From the human T2T-CHM13v2.0 reference genome, Homo sapiens: DNA of 64,000 nucleotides. The stretch lies in NCBI RefSeq assembly GCF_009914755.1, contig NC_060947.1; one strand, written 5' to 3'. A model generated the notes under the pieces. The model was not told where the DNA came from. It made no database searches and worked only from the letters and a program-made list of their open reading frames with translations. A program made the position numbers and the translations under genes. Position 1 is the first letter of the stretch. Each line of letters starts with the position of its first letter. This document shows positions 40,181 to 59,706 of the stretch, in pieces.

Positions 40181-41879
40181 TGCTCTCCTGGACCCTGTTT
40201 TTGGGAGAAATCTCTCTCTCTTACTAAACTGTGTTTTCACACATATTGAATTGGGAGCTTTGTATGCAAATTATCATCTTAGTCTTCTCTCTTCTAGGAT
40301 GAATCTCGGTGTTTTACTCACTACTGAAATCCTGTACGTACTTGTGTGCACAACATATACCATCCTTCACACATAAAAAACATGCAACAAAACTTGAAAA
40401 CTAGTTATTTGGAAGAAATAAATATATATTTTATATAGAGGTTTTTTTTTAAAGGAAAGTATTGGCATATTTCAGCAAGGTAACTTGATGTGCTAAGATG
40501 AATTCTTGAGACAAAGATATGACTTGGTACAGCTTGGTAGAGTAAAGCCTAAAGGTACAATCTTCTAAACCTGTGACTGCTCAGGCTTCCCTTCTGCTCA
40601 GACCCTTTTTTCTCTACCTCCCATATTCCAAGGACTTCTATGTGGCTGCCCTCATTTTGGTTACCTTATATTGATGTCTTTGCCATGAATTTGGCCCTTG
40701 ATGCCCTTGTCCTTTATCTTGGCTTTTAACTCTTACCCAGATTAGGTACACCATAGCTGTTCAGTGGGTAGGGCCAGATACCTTCCCTTAACACATATAC
40801 ATTCGTATGTAAGAGGGTACTTTCTGCCAACTGATGATTAAGTTAACTCAGTGCTAACTGGTGCCATAATATAGCATAGAGCTGTGTCACATAGACCCAG
40901 TCCTCAGTGGGTCTCTCTGATGCAAAGGAAAAAGTGAGTCCTCGGTTCAGATGACTTTTTTCTTCTCCTAGCAGCCACAATATTGCTTTAGCTCCTAGCT
41001 CTTGGCCTACTCATTTCAAACTTAGAAAAAAAGCTATGGTATTGAACTGGGACATAGTTCAGGCCCAGGACAGAGATTTTAAATTAATGTCTGGGGTATC
41101 CAAGCATGTGAAGGCATAGACACATACATATGAAACCCATTTATACTGGATACAAAAACTTAGCTGAAAATCTTTCCAGTCGACCACCTCAAATAGTTGG
41201 ATCCATTTTTAATAAAAGTAAGGCTGATTTGGTGCAACTACCTTTCAGTTAGGATCAGAAGGGGTAGATGGTGGTGAAAGGGCTGAAAATAGAGGATTCC
41301 ACCTAGAAAGCACAAACTAAGCTTTAATATTGTCTTTCTTGAGTAAATTTTACATTGTGAATTCTGGTCTCACTACCCAACAAAAACCATGGGTGAGAGA
41401 AATTAATGTCCTTAGCTTTCCTCTGGAGACATCTTTTTGTTCTAACACAGAGAAATGTTTGCCAATAAAAATTCATACCCAAATGAGTACAGTTATTGGT
41501 TAAGATGAAATGTTTCTCATTTGAAACTTTCATGGTTGTTATAAAGAAAATTTCTGCATCCCTTCATAAACGTTGAGACTGACTGAAACTGACTGAGTTA
41601 AGTTATAGTATCAATGAATAGCCACACATTTTCTACTTTAAAAATATAAGTGATCAGAGAGCCATTCGGCTCAAAAGAAGATGATTGTCATCCAGTCAGG
41701 AGGTTTGTTGAACCTTATAGAATACATAAGATAAAGTTATAAAATGATAGCATCACTTACACACTGAAGAGTTATAATTGAGATGCCCAGTTGCTGATGG
41801 TAGCTAAGATGTTTGTGTTTTTCTGAAAAGGACTCAATGTGGCCTAATGTTCTTGCCTTCTATGCTATGAATCCTTCAA

Positions 41880-42930
41880 AGCATCACTCATGCATTCAAT
41901 AAAACTTTATTGTATGCCTACTATGTGCCAAGCACTTTGATAGGCTCTCAAGTTTGTGCTATTCCTTAAAACTTTTTCCTGCTTTGTGTCTTAAGACATT
42001 GCATTTCCCTCGTTCTGCTCCTTAGTCATAGATGTAGCCTTTGCTTTCTCTTATTTACCTCTAAAATGTAGGTGTTTCCCAGGACTTTGTCCATGTTTTC
42101 TTCTCTTATTCTGTACTCCCCCTGGGTAGCATCTCTCAGCACAATCTCTACATTTATGTCTCCTAATTTCTACCTCTGGCTTCTCTCCTGAATTCAAAAT
42201 ACAAACTTCCAGATGCTCTGCTGGCAAAGTCATCATGGCTATTCTGTTGATACCTTCTTCATGATCCAAGTGATACATAATACCTTCTGCCTAATCGCCA
42301 ACTCCACCTTCAAACCTGCTCCTTCTTCCTTATATCATTTATTGGTAAATGTCACTACTGTATTACCTGTCCTCCATGTTAGAAACCTAGGCATCTCTGA
42401 TGCCTTTTTTCCTTCCTATCACATATATTGAGTCTGCTTTCATAGCCTACTAATTCTGCCTTTCCCGTGAGCTCTCTTTTTTCCATTTCCACCTCCAATA
42501 CCTTATTTTAGACCAGTAATTACAAACTGACAGCCTGCAGGCCATATGTGTTTCTTTCAACAGCAGTGTTTATTTTTAAAAATGTAACATCCTCTAAAAT
42601 GAACATATACTCTCGAGTTCACCATGTTTCTGCTGTATCTTCAATGGTGCTAAGCCAGTACCTTTTATATAATAGATAGTTAGGCAGTATCTTGAATTGA
42701 GTGACTTGTCCTCGGAAAGCTTATAACCTGGCTGGAAAACATGAAATATGTATATGTAAAATGATTTAGTAACAACCCAAGGCAGACTATAAGAAGAATG
42801 TAAAAGAAAAGTGGAGCAGACAATTAGTTTTTCATGTGATGAGAGAAGGGAGAGATCATTTTGGGAGTAACCAGAGAATAATTCACAGAGGAAAAGGCAT
42901 TTGATCAGAGCTTTAAAGAGTGGATAGAGA
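41880..42930. mobile_element. Cluster of L2 fragments in both orientations with a Charlie-type remnant at ~42515-42640
   Basis: cattcaataaaactttattgtatgcctactatgtgccaagcac; catctctcagc...tacctctggcttctctcctgaattc. Confidence 0.55.
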
Positions 42931-43111
42931 TTATGAAATATTAAATAAAGTTGCTTTATTTTGATGTTTACATCCTAAGTAAGGACTTTGTTGCAAATAC
43001 TGTGGATTAATGAGGGAGAATGGGTACTTATTTCCCTCAAACTCCAAACCATGGGACAAATGAAGGGGGGAGGGCCCGTGATGATTGAAAAGAGTAAATA
43101 TAAAACTGATA

Positions 43112-43491
<380 letters not shown>

Positions 43492-44306
43492 TTAGAACTT
43501 TCAACAAACTCATTTGATAAATTTATGAATGGCAAGACATGGGTTTTAAGAGAAACCACAAAGTTTGGGAAAAGATGCTTGGAAAGTAATCATGCCTTCC
43601 TATTATTTGCTTCTTTGTTATCTATTTAAAGATTAAATATAGGGCTGGGCTGTCCATGCTACAGGCAGGCCCAGAAGCCCTGTTTTGATGTTTTCATTAC
43701 CTACATTCTCTCCTACAGTACAGTGATATATATTAGAGGACTTTGCCTTAGTTGATGTTACTGTCAGGATTGTAACTAGAATTACTCATATACTCTTTGC
43801 TGATGAAGAGGTAAGCCTGTAAACAGCTTAGCAGGAAAGACCATGCCTTACTTTTTTTATTAGACACAGCACCTAGAATAATGCAACAAACATAGAGGCT
43901 GTTCCTAAATTCCTTTTGATTTCCTCTGGCTGAATCTAAAGGCAATATTTGTTTCTTGGAGCCTGAATCTTCATCTAGCCTCAGACACAGGTTATACCTA
44001 CTTCCTGCCTATCCCTCTTCCACTATTCTCTCCTCCTCAGAGCCTGTTGTACTCTGTTATTTTTGAAAGTCCTTGCAATTCCATTATCATAGCATTGCAT
44101 ATAGGCTAGTTCTATGGTGAGGCCAAGGGGAGTTAAATTGCAATTACCCTACTCCAGCTGGGCCTAGCAATACTGCATTTGAAAAGAGTCAGGCTTTTGA
44201 AGGATGACCTTTTTCATCCTTTTTTTCTTCTCCTTCAGCATCTTTTGCTGCCACCACCTCCTCCTACAACTGACCATCTGAAGCAGTTTAAATATCTGCT
44301 CATTTA

Positions 44307-44723
<417 letters not shown>

Positions 44724-45327
44724 CTAGTGTTGTTTTTGATGGTTTCTCTTGGATGCTGTACTTTGTTATATGCCATGTAGGTTCCTTTTTGGAAAGTCTA
44801 GGATTTCCCCAAAACATATAGGGAATCGTGTATGAAGTCTCCAAATTAATAGCTCATCTCAGATTTTAGTTGTTGGAATTCTCTCAGCAGATATATTTTC
44901 AGAATCTCATAGTTAATAATATATGGAGCATTTGGAAAGAAACTAAAGACAGGGAGATGATGGAGAAGTTGGGAAGATATATGAAACATATGGGTAGGAG
45001 GATAAGGGGAGATACATTTTAAACTAAAACATTAAAATGAAGGATCAATTTTAAAAAATCAAAACCCCTGATTTTTCTAATCACAATCTAATGTTATCCT
45101 TAGGAGGCCCTTATGCTTATACCAGGCTAAGCACAGAGCAGATATATCATCTCAGAAACTACCTGTCTGCTCAAAAGCGTAAAGGAAACTTAGTGAGGGA
45201 GGCTTCTAATTAGAATTAAGAGAAACTGAGGCAGATGATGATCAGATGTAATCAGGGTAGACAATATACATAGAACGAAAGCCAGGTTACTTAATTATAT
45301 TTTAAACTAGATTATGCAACATATAAT

Positions 45328-45470
45328 CAGTGGCATACTAAGGCTGGAGCCACGGAAGCAGTCCACTCCGGGCACAGGAAATAAAGGAGTGCATTGTCTG
45401 TAGAGATATAAAAGCAGTAATAAATGTGATTAATAATCAGTTTGACTTGGTGTGCACATTATTATCACTT
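45328..45470. mobile_element. hAT-type DNA transposon end fragment
   Basis: TIR-like cagtggcatactaagg then gtgcattgtctgtagag; family not firmly identified. Confidence 0.45.
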
Positions 45471-45474
45471 TGGA

Positions 45475-46490
45475 GTGCCCAGGCTTAATCCTTGGATTTA
45501 CCTTTCTTTTCTGTCTATATTTACTCTTTAAGTAACTTCTATATGCTGATGACTCTCAAATTAAAATATCTGTATCTATCCAACTAGTAACTCCACATCT
45601 ACATAGTGGAAGTCTAATAAACACCTCAAATGTAACATTTCCAAAATTGAATTCCTAGTATCTCCATAAAACCTGCAGTCTTCCCCATCTCAGTTGATGG
45701 GGTCTTCATCCTTCTGATTGCTCACACCAAAATTCTTGGAGTCATCCTTGACTCATTCTTCTTTTCTCCCACAGCACAACCAATCTATCAGGAAATCATC
45801 TTGGCTCTAACTTTGAAATATTTCCAGAATCTGAGGACTCCTCACCACTCTCTCTGTTATCATCCTGGTCTGAGCCATCATCATCATCATGACTTGCCTG
45901 ATTTACTGCAAAAATCTCCAGGCTGGTCTCCCTGCTAAACTGAGAATAAAAGCTTAGGCTCCTTTAGTGGCCCACAAGGCCATATATATCTGGTACTTGG
46001 ATACCACTGTGACTTCGTCTCCTGTTCCTCTCTCCTTCACTCCCTTCACTTCAGCCACATTGGCCACCTTGATGTTCCTTAAACACACCTGAGCATCCTG
46101 GGGAAGTTTCTTCTGCCTGTGATGCTCTTCCACCCTGATAACTGCATGCTTTGTACTCCCTCGTCTCTAGGTCTTTGATCCAATATCACCTTCCCAGTGA
46201 GGTTTATCCTGCCCTGCCTGTTTAATATGCAACTTGTCCCCACTCCACTCCCACCTCCCCATACTCTCAATCCACCTTACTCTGATCTAGGCTTTTCTTT
46301 GATGCATATCATTTGTTACTTTCTAATTTTTCATGAAATTTGCTTATTAATTTTGCTTACTGTTTATTGTCTGTCTTCCCTCACTGGAATGTAAGTGTAT
46401 ATTTTTGCTCACACATTCCCAGTGTCTCAATAGTTCCTGCTTGGCATATAGTATGTATTCAATAAATTATTGTTGAATGAATACATGAAT
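45475..46490 (+). mobile_element. L2a 3' ~1 kb
   Basis: tatgctgatgactctcaaatt...cttggagtcatccttgactc...ttcaataaattattgttgaatgaat. Confidence 0.88.
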
Positions 46491-47147
46491 TGTATTTAAC
46501 TATATATATCTATTAATTATGGAAGTAATTTAACTGACTGAAATTAGAGAAACCAGGCATGGGGCACATCTACACATCACAACCAGGCACTTCAACACAG
46601 ACTTTTTTGTTCCCTGAAGCATTTGTGGATGTTTGTGTATTGTTTCCTTTAGATTACAACCTAATCCTTGACAGAAATTGTAAGTGCTTGTTCATACATA
46701 CTTGCAATTGCTTACTTTCTGCCAGTCTAAATCAAGAATATATTATAAGAATTTCCCTGGTTTGATGAATGTCACTTACTGCAATTCCTTCTTACACATT
46801 TGCACATTTACTTTTTATTGTTTGTATTTTCTTTTCTTTTCTTTTTTTTTTACTGAAGATTGTTTAGAAAGTTCTATATAATATAGAACTTTTAAAAATA
46901 AGCATGATTGTTTACCTACCCTCTCATCCATCTAGATATTTCCAGTGAGAAAAAAAGGAAGGCAAAAAAGAGAAATCACCTGGAAGGTTACCAGAATTAA
47001 CTCTTAACTGGCATTTAAAACCTTTAATCTCTAACTGCCCTGTAAACAAGATAGTACTTTCATACTTAACTTTCTGTATAAATCAAGCACCTTTTTTATA
47101 CAACCTTATGAGAACTGCTAGCCATGTGACAAATATTAAGAATTGAT

Positions 47148-47434
47148 GGCCAGGTGCAGTGGCTCATGCCTGTAATCCCAGCACTTTGGGAGGCCGAGGC
47201 AGGCGGATCACGAGGTCAGGAGATCGAGACTATCCTGGCTAACACGGTGAAACCCTGTCTCTACTAGAAATACAAAAAATTAGCCGAGCATGGGGGCGGG
47301 AGCCTGTAATCCCAGCTACTCCGGAGGCTGACCCAGGAGAATGGCATGAACCTGGGAGGCGGAGTTTGCTGTGAGCGGAAAGATCTCACCACTGCACTCC
47401 AGCCTGGGTGACAAAGTGAGACTCTGTGTCAAAA
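47148..47434 (+). mobile_element. AluY
   Basis: ggatcacgaggtcaggagatcgagactatcctggctaacacgg; very short A tail. Confidence 0.95.
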
Positions 47435-47828
47435 AAGAAAATGTGGCACATATACACCATGGAATACTATGCAGCCATAAAAAATGATGAGTTCATGTCC
47501 TTTGCAGGGACATGGATGAAGCTGGAAACCATCATTCTCGGTAAACTATCGCAAGGACAAAAAACCAAACACCACATGTTCTAACTCATAGGTGGGAATT
47601 GAACAACGAGATCACATGGACACAGGAGGGGGAACATCACACACTGGGGACTGTTGTGGGGTGGGGGGAGGGGGGAGGCATAGCATTAGGAGATATACCT
47701 AATGCTAAATGATGAGTTAATGGGTACAGCACAGCAACGTGGCACATGTATACATATGTAACAAACCTGCACGTTGTGCACATGTACCCTAAAACTTAAA
47801 GTATAATAATAATAAAAGAAAAGAAAAA
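47435..47828 (+). mobile_element. L1PA3-like 3' end (~390 bp) abutting the AluY
   Basis: aagaaaatgtggcacatatacacc...atacctaatgctaaatgatgagttaatggg...aaaacttaaagtataat. Confidence 0.92.
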
Positions 47829-48759
47829 ATTATTATCTGTATCTTACAGGCAGGGAACATAATTTAGTAATTTCATAGAAAGGTCTATACTGAACTATTA
47901 CAAATGTTTTTAAGTACCTGATTTTTCCCCATCATTAACTGTGGTTTTCTCTTCAAATTTCTTTTTCAACTTTCAACAAGAACATCCTGCTGAAGCTTGT
48001 GGCCACATCTAGTACAATTGTCCTCAAAGGCTTGTGCTGAGAAGAATGGAAGATCGCTAGATAGCTTCCTAGGGCAGTGTAGGATTGAAGGGAAGAGAGA
48101 ACCTCAGAGCAAACTCAGTTAATTCTGATTTAATCATTAATGAACCAGACAACAGGCTATATTTACGAAACTGTTAATCAAAACAGACAGGATGTAAATT
48201 TCTGGGACAAAATGTTGAAAATATCAATTCTGTAGCAAGGTTAAACCTGTTTATTATTTATTTAATCTCAAGACACAGCAGACCATTTATTGATTAATGA
48301 GAAATAAGAAGCATGTTGCAATTAAATTTAACTTGTAAGTCAGGAGGCCCTGGCAATTTGGTCTGATACTATATGACTTTGGGGGATGAATTTTGAAAAT
48401 TCCTACTCCAGGATAAGGAAGACCTCATTTATTTCTTTCCAAGGTCTCATATATCATGTTTTATCTTAAAAGGAAAACAGGGAAGGACAGCAATTGGCTG
48501 CATTCTGAAATCCAGGCAATAGATCTAACATAGCTATTCTATTAAAAAAAAAATGAGGAATCCTCGAACATAGAAAACATTCTACACAAGGTTGGTCAGG
48601 TAGCTATGTTGAAGAGGCAAAGTCCTTGGAAGGCCCATTTGTCCTCAGAAAATCATTAGACACAGCTAGTGAAATTCTGACTCTCCATCAAGCAAGGCAA
48701 GGCTAACTTTGTATGTAGGTAATATGTTCTTTGCAGTATTTCTTTATTTTATGTCTTTT

Positions 48760-49740
<981 letters not shown>

Positions 49741-49764
49741 AGAAATTATAATAGGACAAAGACA

Positions 49765-50030
49765 GAGTAAAGTGTAATGACTTAAACTCGGGCTTTAGAG
49801 GCAGACTCCTGGGTTTGAATTTCTGCTTAGCTAGTTACTAGCTCTGTGATCTTAGGCAAGTAACCTCTTTGGGACTCAGCTTTCCTGTCTGTAAATTAGG
49901 ATAATGATGGTACATAAGCTGTTGACCTCATGTCTGTGTTGAGGATTAATAAATTAATCCACATGAAGTGCTGAAAACAATGTCTGGTATATAATAAACA
50001 CCCCATAAATGTTCAATATCATTGTTATTT
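49765..50030 (+). mobile_element. MIR (near full length)
   Basis: ggctttagaggcagactcctgggtttgaat...gactcagctttcctgtctgtaaa...ataaatgttcaatatcattgttatt. Confidence 0.8.
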
Positions 50031-52749
50031 GGGACTGGACAGCAATTCAAAATTCCTATCCCTCATACAGATCATGCCACCCTCTCTGAAATTCTAATGT
50101 TGGCAATTCAATCCAGTATAGTTCATTCATAGGACAAGTATACTTGACTTTACTTAAGAATTGAAGTGATTAGAAGAGGGAGCATCTGAAACTCAGATCC
50201 TTCTGCCGTCTTATATGTATACGTTATTCTCTGTGCTCTCCAGAATAGTCTAATTGAAGAAAAAAATGAGGATATGCTGAGAGCCCTGGTTATATGCCAT
50301 AAATAGCTCTGGTTTGAATGAGAGGGAAATACAAGGCAGACTTTTAAAGACAGTACCTTACAATTTTATCTGTGACAGGCACTGAACTTAAATATTATGC
50401 CATGAAGTATGACTATGAACATTTATAGAAGTAGATATGTCTTGGTACAAATCTCTGTCATTCAAAGATGGCTTTCCCCTCGAAGCAAAATTGATTGTTT
50501 TGCTTCATTGAACATTGCAAAATTGGATATCTTGTTTACTCTTCCATATACCAAAGATTTATAAGGTACAATCTATTAGTAAATATAAAAATGAGAACCG
50601 AGTTTCATTTTTAAAATACTTTTAGACGACTAATCTACCTAGAGACCTACATTTAATTCTGGAGAATAATCTATAAATTCTTGAATAGATATGTCAATGC
50701 CCTTTATCATAATCACCCTAGTTTAAAAATCATTTATCAGATGCCTACTCAATTATCTACGTCGTATCTTTTTATTTCCCAGTATAAACAAATACGCATA
50801 CTAGGGAAGCTCACTGTGTGGGATCACCAGAGAAATTAGTTCATGCAGTGAATAATTATTATTTTTTCCATCGGATAGTTAAGCTCAGGATTTTCATCTG
50901 TGTAACTTATAATGTATTTCTACTATATAACATAGATGAGGTCGTGTTAATATGAAGCCCTCCTGCCCTTCTGAGACCCAGGACAGTGTTTGGCAGCCTT
51001 CTGATGCTTTAATACTTTGAAGAAAAGAAGTAAATATTCATCTAATTATCTGGAAAGTTTTTTTTTTCATTTCAGAGACTCAATAGCCTATGTAAAATGG
51101 ACACCAAATCATTATTTCCCAATTAAACTTTTCTTGCTCTGAGCATGATAGTGGCATTTTTTTAGGCCATCCACCAAACAAAGTGTTGTTCCTCGTTCCT
51201 CCAGATGTTACCATCTTCTTTTCATGCCCAGGGATATACAACGGAATGTGTCCTCAGGAGGTAGTTAGAAATTTTGTTTGCCTACACTTCTAAGTCTCAA
51301 ATTAAAAGACATCAACTACTGGTGTATGCCAGTCATTGCATAAGCACAGGAATAGACTTAAGCTATTTGTCTAAATTTCCATTCCAGGGAGCAACAAGAA
51401 AATCATACCAACAGTATAATAAAAAGGCATTTGAAGCTCAGGGCATATCTATTGTCTCCTTTATGGCAGGCTTGAGAGAGGAAGATATTATTTGGACGAG
51501 GAGTTTACCTAATATCTGCGACATCACTCAAGCCTACTCTAAGCTTTTCTTAAACTGTCCTTTACTTATGTAGTGCTGTAAAGTAAAAATAATTAAAAAA
51601 AAACAAGCATTGTCTTAAGTGGATACCACTGAGCGTAAAGCCTACAAGGTGTTTGAATGGGCTGTCTCTCACTTAAGCCTAATAAACTCTGATTGTATTA
51701 GGAAATGTAGTTTAATAACTCCTGTAAACCGGGAGTCAACAATTCTGTGTCCCAGAAAAATAAAATGAAATAAAAGAGTTGGAAATTATTGAGAGCTTTG
51801 AACACACAATGTAGTGGATGAACACAGGCATTTCACTTTTGATTTCTATGAGCAGTAATTTTTTTGTTATAAAAACAAGAAAAAAGAAAACTACTGTCAT
51901 ACTCAGATACTCACTTCCCTGTACTAGTATAACTCATGAGGAAACAAAAGCTCTCCCTATGAGTAAGCTCCAGAATCTATCAGAAAATAAATCACCTTAA
52001 TTTTCATTGTTATTGGAAAGCCTTCTGCCAAATGGGGAAGTAGATGTTGTACTGACTGAAGCTTCATTTTGTGACAACAGCAACATAGGGTCTGACTTGG
52101 AAGGCCTTGAAGAAGGCTGTAAGGCCTTTGTAATACAGGTTTGCGGGGACAGGACTAACATCAGTAGACAAGCTAGCTGAGATAGAGCTGGCTTTGACTG
52201 ATCGGGGCTATTATATTTCCAAGATGCAGCCTAGCCTCTGAGTATCAGAAGCAGCTTAAGTATTAAGGGGGTGGTGGTGCTACTGTAGTTTAAAAGCAGA
52301 TTTTTAAAAAAAGACTTTATTGTGTAATAATTTAGCATTGAGAAAAATAGTAAATGTAGCTATTTTTTTCTCCAGGTAGAACTGTTGAAAGGGACAATTT
52401 TAAACAGCCTTCTTCACTTTTAGCAGATATAACACATAGATTGTCCTTGGTGAGAAAAAAGGCTTGATGTCAAGTCCAGAAGAAATGTGAATGTGGAATT
52501 GAGTTTGAAATAAACTGATTCCCAATGCTCCCATTCATAAAACTGCATACAGACCTGTGTGTTGAGTGATGTACAATCTTTTTGAAAATTCACTGATTTA
52601 TATCAGTCATTTTATTCCTCAAACTCTTCTTCATAGCACCTTCCCCATGCACCCATACCTCCAGGTACCTGGAAAGGGTTTGTCTTTGTGTCCATTTCTT
52701 GCTTCTGACTCTTGAACCAACTGTATACCCTAAGCCAATTGCACACATA

Positions 52750-52990
52750 CTATAGAGTATAATGGTCTCTGGAGTCAGGCAGAATTGGGCGTGATGCCTG
52801 ATTGGATCACTTACAGTTATGTGATCCTGAACAATGTAATTAACTTTCTGAACCTAGTTTTCCACATATGTAAAGTGGAGCTAATAATAGCACCTACCCT
52901 TGAGGATTATTTTTTGCCTGGAGGATTAAGCAAGGTAATGTAATAAAGAGCTTTGCACAGTGCCTAGTAAACACTCAAAAATAGTGGATT
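52750..52990 (+). mobile_element. MIR
   Basis: tctggagtcaggcaga...tctgaacctagtttt...ctttgcacagtgcctag. Confidence 0.75.
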
Positions 52991-53051
52991 CTGCTTTCAT
53001 TTTTTGTTGGAGTATTGTAATTTATTCCTCCTCCCGCTCTTCCCTCTCTTC

Positions 53052-53054
<3 letters not shown>

Positions 53055-53101
<47 letters not shown>
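53055..53101. repeat. (CAT)15 perfect trinucleotide microsatellite
   Basis: Direct reading. Confidence 0.97.
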
Positions 53102-53170
53102 GCCAACATCACCTATAGAGGCTACCTGGGCTACCTGGTTACGGTTGGTCATAGACTCATACCTCTAGGC

Positions 53171-53426
53171 CACAGTTTCTCAAATAGCAGCACTCTTGAC
53201 ATTTTGAGCCGGATAGTTCTTGGTTGGAGTGGGAAGAGGTTAGCCTGTGCCTTGTAGGATACTTACTGTAGGATGCTCATTTAACAGCATCCCTACCTTC
53301 TACATACTGGATGCCAGTAGCACACATACTCCACACCTTTGTCGTCAAGCTATGCAACCAAAAATGTCTCCAGACAATGTAAAATGTCCTCTGGGGAGCA
53401 AAATTGCTCCCAGTCGAGGACCACTA
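53171..53426 (+). mobile_element. MER20 (hAT-Charlie)
   Basis: tttctcaa...gacattttgagccggatagttc...caaccaaaaatgtctccagaca; 8-bp TSD ctctaggc/ctctaggt. Confidence 0.88.
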
Positions 53427-53784
53427 CTCTAGGTATTCTTTGGCTTAAAAATATCCATGAAAAGTATCTACCATTCATGTATCTATTACTCTTCATTAGT
53501 TTGACTCATTTCATCCAGTAATCTTGGTCTTTATCTTAAATTCTCCTTTAGATTTTCAGAGTTCTCTGGTTTTTATCTTGATTTTTGAAACTAAATCTTA
53601 TTTCTCTATTTTCCTTACTACAAACCAGCAATTCTTTGATAGCCGGTTCTGGGCCTTAATATATCTCTGAACTAACAACTTACTGTTTTTTGCTTTGAGC
53701 TACCAGCACTTATCTGCACACCCCTAGTGCTAGGTCACTGGTATCTAGCTAGAGCCTTTCCTTTAAATGTTTTTATAAAAGGCA

Positions 53785-54020
53785 GTTGAAATGAGGACTC
53801 TAGAGCCAGATATCCTGGGTTGGAATCCTGGCTCTTCCAATTAATAGCTTAGTGACTTTAACCTCTCCATTTTCCTCCATTTAAGAAATGAATACATTAA
53901 CAGTCACTATTTCATAGAGCTGTTGTGGGACTTGGTGGTTTAAATAAATAAAAATTTACTTAGAACACTGTCTGGCATATGGTAAATACCATGTAAGTGT
54001 AAACTATTATTATTACTATT
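53785..54020 (+). mobile_element. MIR
   Basis: gactctagagccagatatcctgggttggaatcctggctct...cttagaacactgtctggcatatggtaa. Confidence 0.8.
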
Positions 54021-54086
54021 CTCATAAAGACTCCCATGTGTCTTTACTAGCATAACATAAACTAAACTGCAAGCCCCATCTTAGTA

Positions 54087-54541
54087 TGTTATGAAACGCC
54101 AGGGGTTCAGTGTAGCTCCCATTGCTCACTTCACAGAGAGCCAATCACTGAGACAATGTGTATTGCCAGGGAGGAAAGGCTTTATTCAGGTGCTGCAGCA
54201 AAGGAGACAGGAAATAAATCTCAAATCCGTGTCTCCAACAAACTAAAAGTGAGGGTTTATATAGCAGGGAAGGAGTGCAGCTATGTGCAAGAGAACAAGA
54301 ATTAGGAGAAAGGAAGCAATCACGATGGGTGAGGGGTCTAGTGTCTTATTGTTTGAATGTGGTGATCTGGTAAGTTTCAGTTCCTTGATAGTATCAGGGA
54401 GGCCTGAAGATTGGTTTCCTGAGGAAGGAACTCAGATAAGACAAATGTGAGATTCAAGATTTAAGACTGTGAGGGTCAATTTCTGTGTTTATTCAAAAAG
54501 ACTATAAACATCAGTTCTTTTGGACAATTGGACCAGTTTCA
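54087..54541 (-). mobile_element. LOR1-type ERV1 solo LTR
   Basis: Minus strand begins tgaaactggtccaattgtccaaaagaactgatgtttat; TG...CA ends; TSD agta/agtg. Confidence 0.85.
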
Positions 54542-55923
54542 AGTGCTCTGGAAGACTACCAATGTTTTCACCTCATGGTACATATTGAAAATTTTAAATA
54601 TGTATTCAGCAAATTGGAGTTAATCGTGGTGGCTCTGACCACTTGAGGACTGAGGTGATCAATATCTTAGCCATGTGTAACTGACTTGTGACATGCAGTT
54701 GTCCACAGCACTGTGGTTTGAAAACTTTGCACCAGGCTCATCAAAATTAAAGGGGAAAGGTTTTAAATTGTAATCCAGTTAGAAATTGTGATTTCCTTTT
54801 TGGATGTGTAAGATCCCAGCATCTTCTAGGTCCACAGGCCTTGTAAGGTCTATAGCTGCCCTTTAGTTTTCTTCCTTGAACAAGCTAAAATAAAACAAAG
54901 GCAATTTCTGGGGAATATCATGAGGTTTTAAACATGTGTACATGTTTCTCTCTAATAGTTCAGAATCTAGTAATTCCCACAAGTATAATGGTATGAGAAT
55001 TTAACCCAACAATGTTAGAGAACAGCAGCTCTTCATTCAAATTTCACATGATGACCCACTCATTCTATTTTGTAATTTTCTTTTGAAAGGTTTGGGGCAG
55101 AAATAGCTCAGATATTTTAAAAAGAGCTATTTTCTCTGTTTTTCTGTTTGAGTCCTGTGGCTTTCATTTTATGGCATGAGAGGACTGTTTTTCATTTGTA
55201 ACCTCTCCAAGTACTGATTTTAAGCAACTCATTAACATATGCTTCCTCTTCATAATCCATCACATTCAAACATTTGATTGGTCTCTTCAGCACAATATGA
55301 ATAATAAACTATCTTCCTCCCAGAGACATTCAAAATTGTGGTTTAGATATGATGAACCAGAAAAAAATGTTGTTTTTTAGTCCACTTTTTGAAAAGTCTC
55401 TTAGATGAAAGGATACTACAAATGAACTTTCTAAGGTAAATCAGGGCTTTGGCTAAAAAAAGCCAAACATTTCAGTCAAGGTCTGACTTACAAAGCATGC
55501 TGTCAGCCCTACCAGAATATGTGGCACTGGACACAATATACTTCAATTTTTAATTTCTATTGTCAATGCCTTCGTTTATGCCTTTATTAGTTTATGCCTC
55601 AACTTTGGTGATAGCTACATATTGGACTGCTTTTTCTCTTCCAGGACCTCCCATATGAGTTCTTGAAACGTAGCTTTGATAGTATCATTTCACTCCACCA
55701 AAACCTTCAATGGCTCCCTAATGATTGATGAATAAATTCCTGGGAATCATAGAAATGCTAGAATGTCAGTGTTGGAATGAATCCTGAAGTATAATTCACC
55801 AGTTGCCAAACTATGGTCTCTGGACCACTGCCAGAAGTTTGCACTAGTCCTCAGTGGAAAGAGAAAAATAAGGACAATGAAGTCAGTGTTCCATAAAATG
55901 AAATTTACTTATTTTAAAAATTA

Positions 55924-57290
<1,367 letters not shown>

Positions 57291-57435
57291 ATCTTGAACT
57301 TTGTTTTGAAATATCTTTTATTTTATATAGTGACAGCATTAATAGATAATAATTTATTTGTTTATTGTTTTTAATGTCCATACTTGGCAAAATGAAGTTG
57401 GCAACCATTTGTTGCTTCACGTCCCCCATCCCCCA

Positions 57436-57727
<292 letters not shown>

Positions 57728-57996
57728 GCCACCCCGAACTTTTTAAATTTTACAAATCCATGAAATCCAAAATCTGAAAGCTACTCATTTCATAAATGAG
57801 AAAATTTAAAAAAGAAAGATTAAATGACTTACCTAAGGCCATACTTATACTGGGAATGCTGTATTACAAATGTTAATATTAGCTTCAAGTCTTTACCATA
57901 AATTTCAAAGTCCTCTGTACTTAAATCCCAGTATGCATTTGCGTCTCTATTATCAGCATATCTTAAAAGAAAACCTAGTTCTAGATCCCTGAGGAA

Positions 57997-59706
<1,710 letters not shown>

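Noticed and set aside
53055-53101. (CAT)15 as a coding poly-His/Ser/Ile or poly-Asp tract
   Set aside because: No enclosing ORF or convincing exon; lies between MIR and MER20
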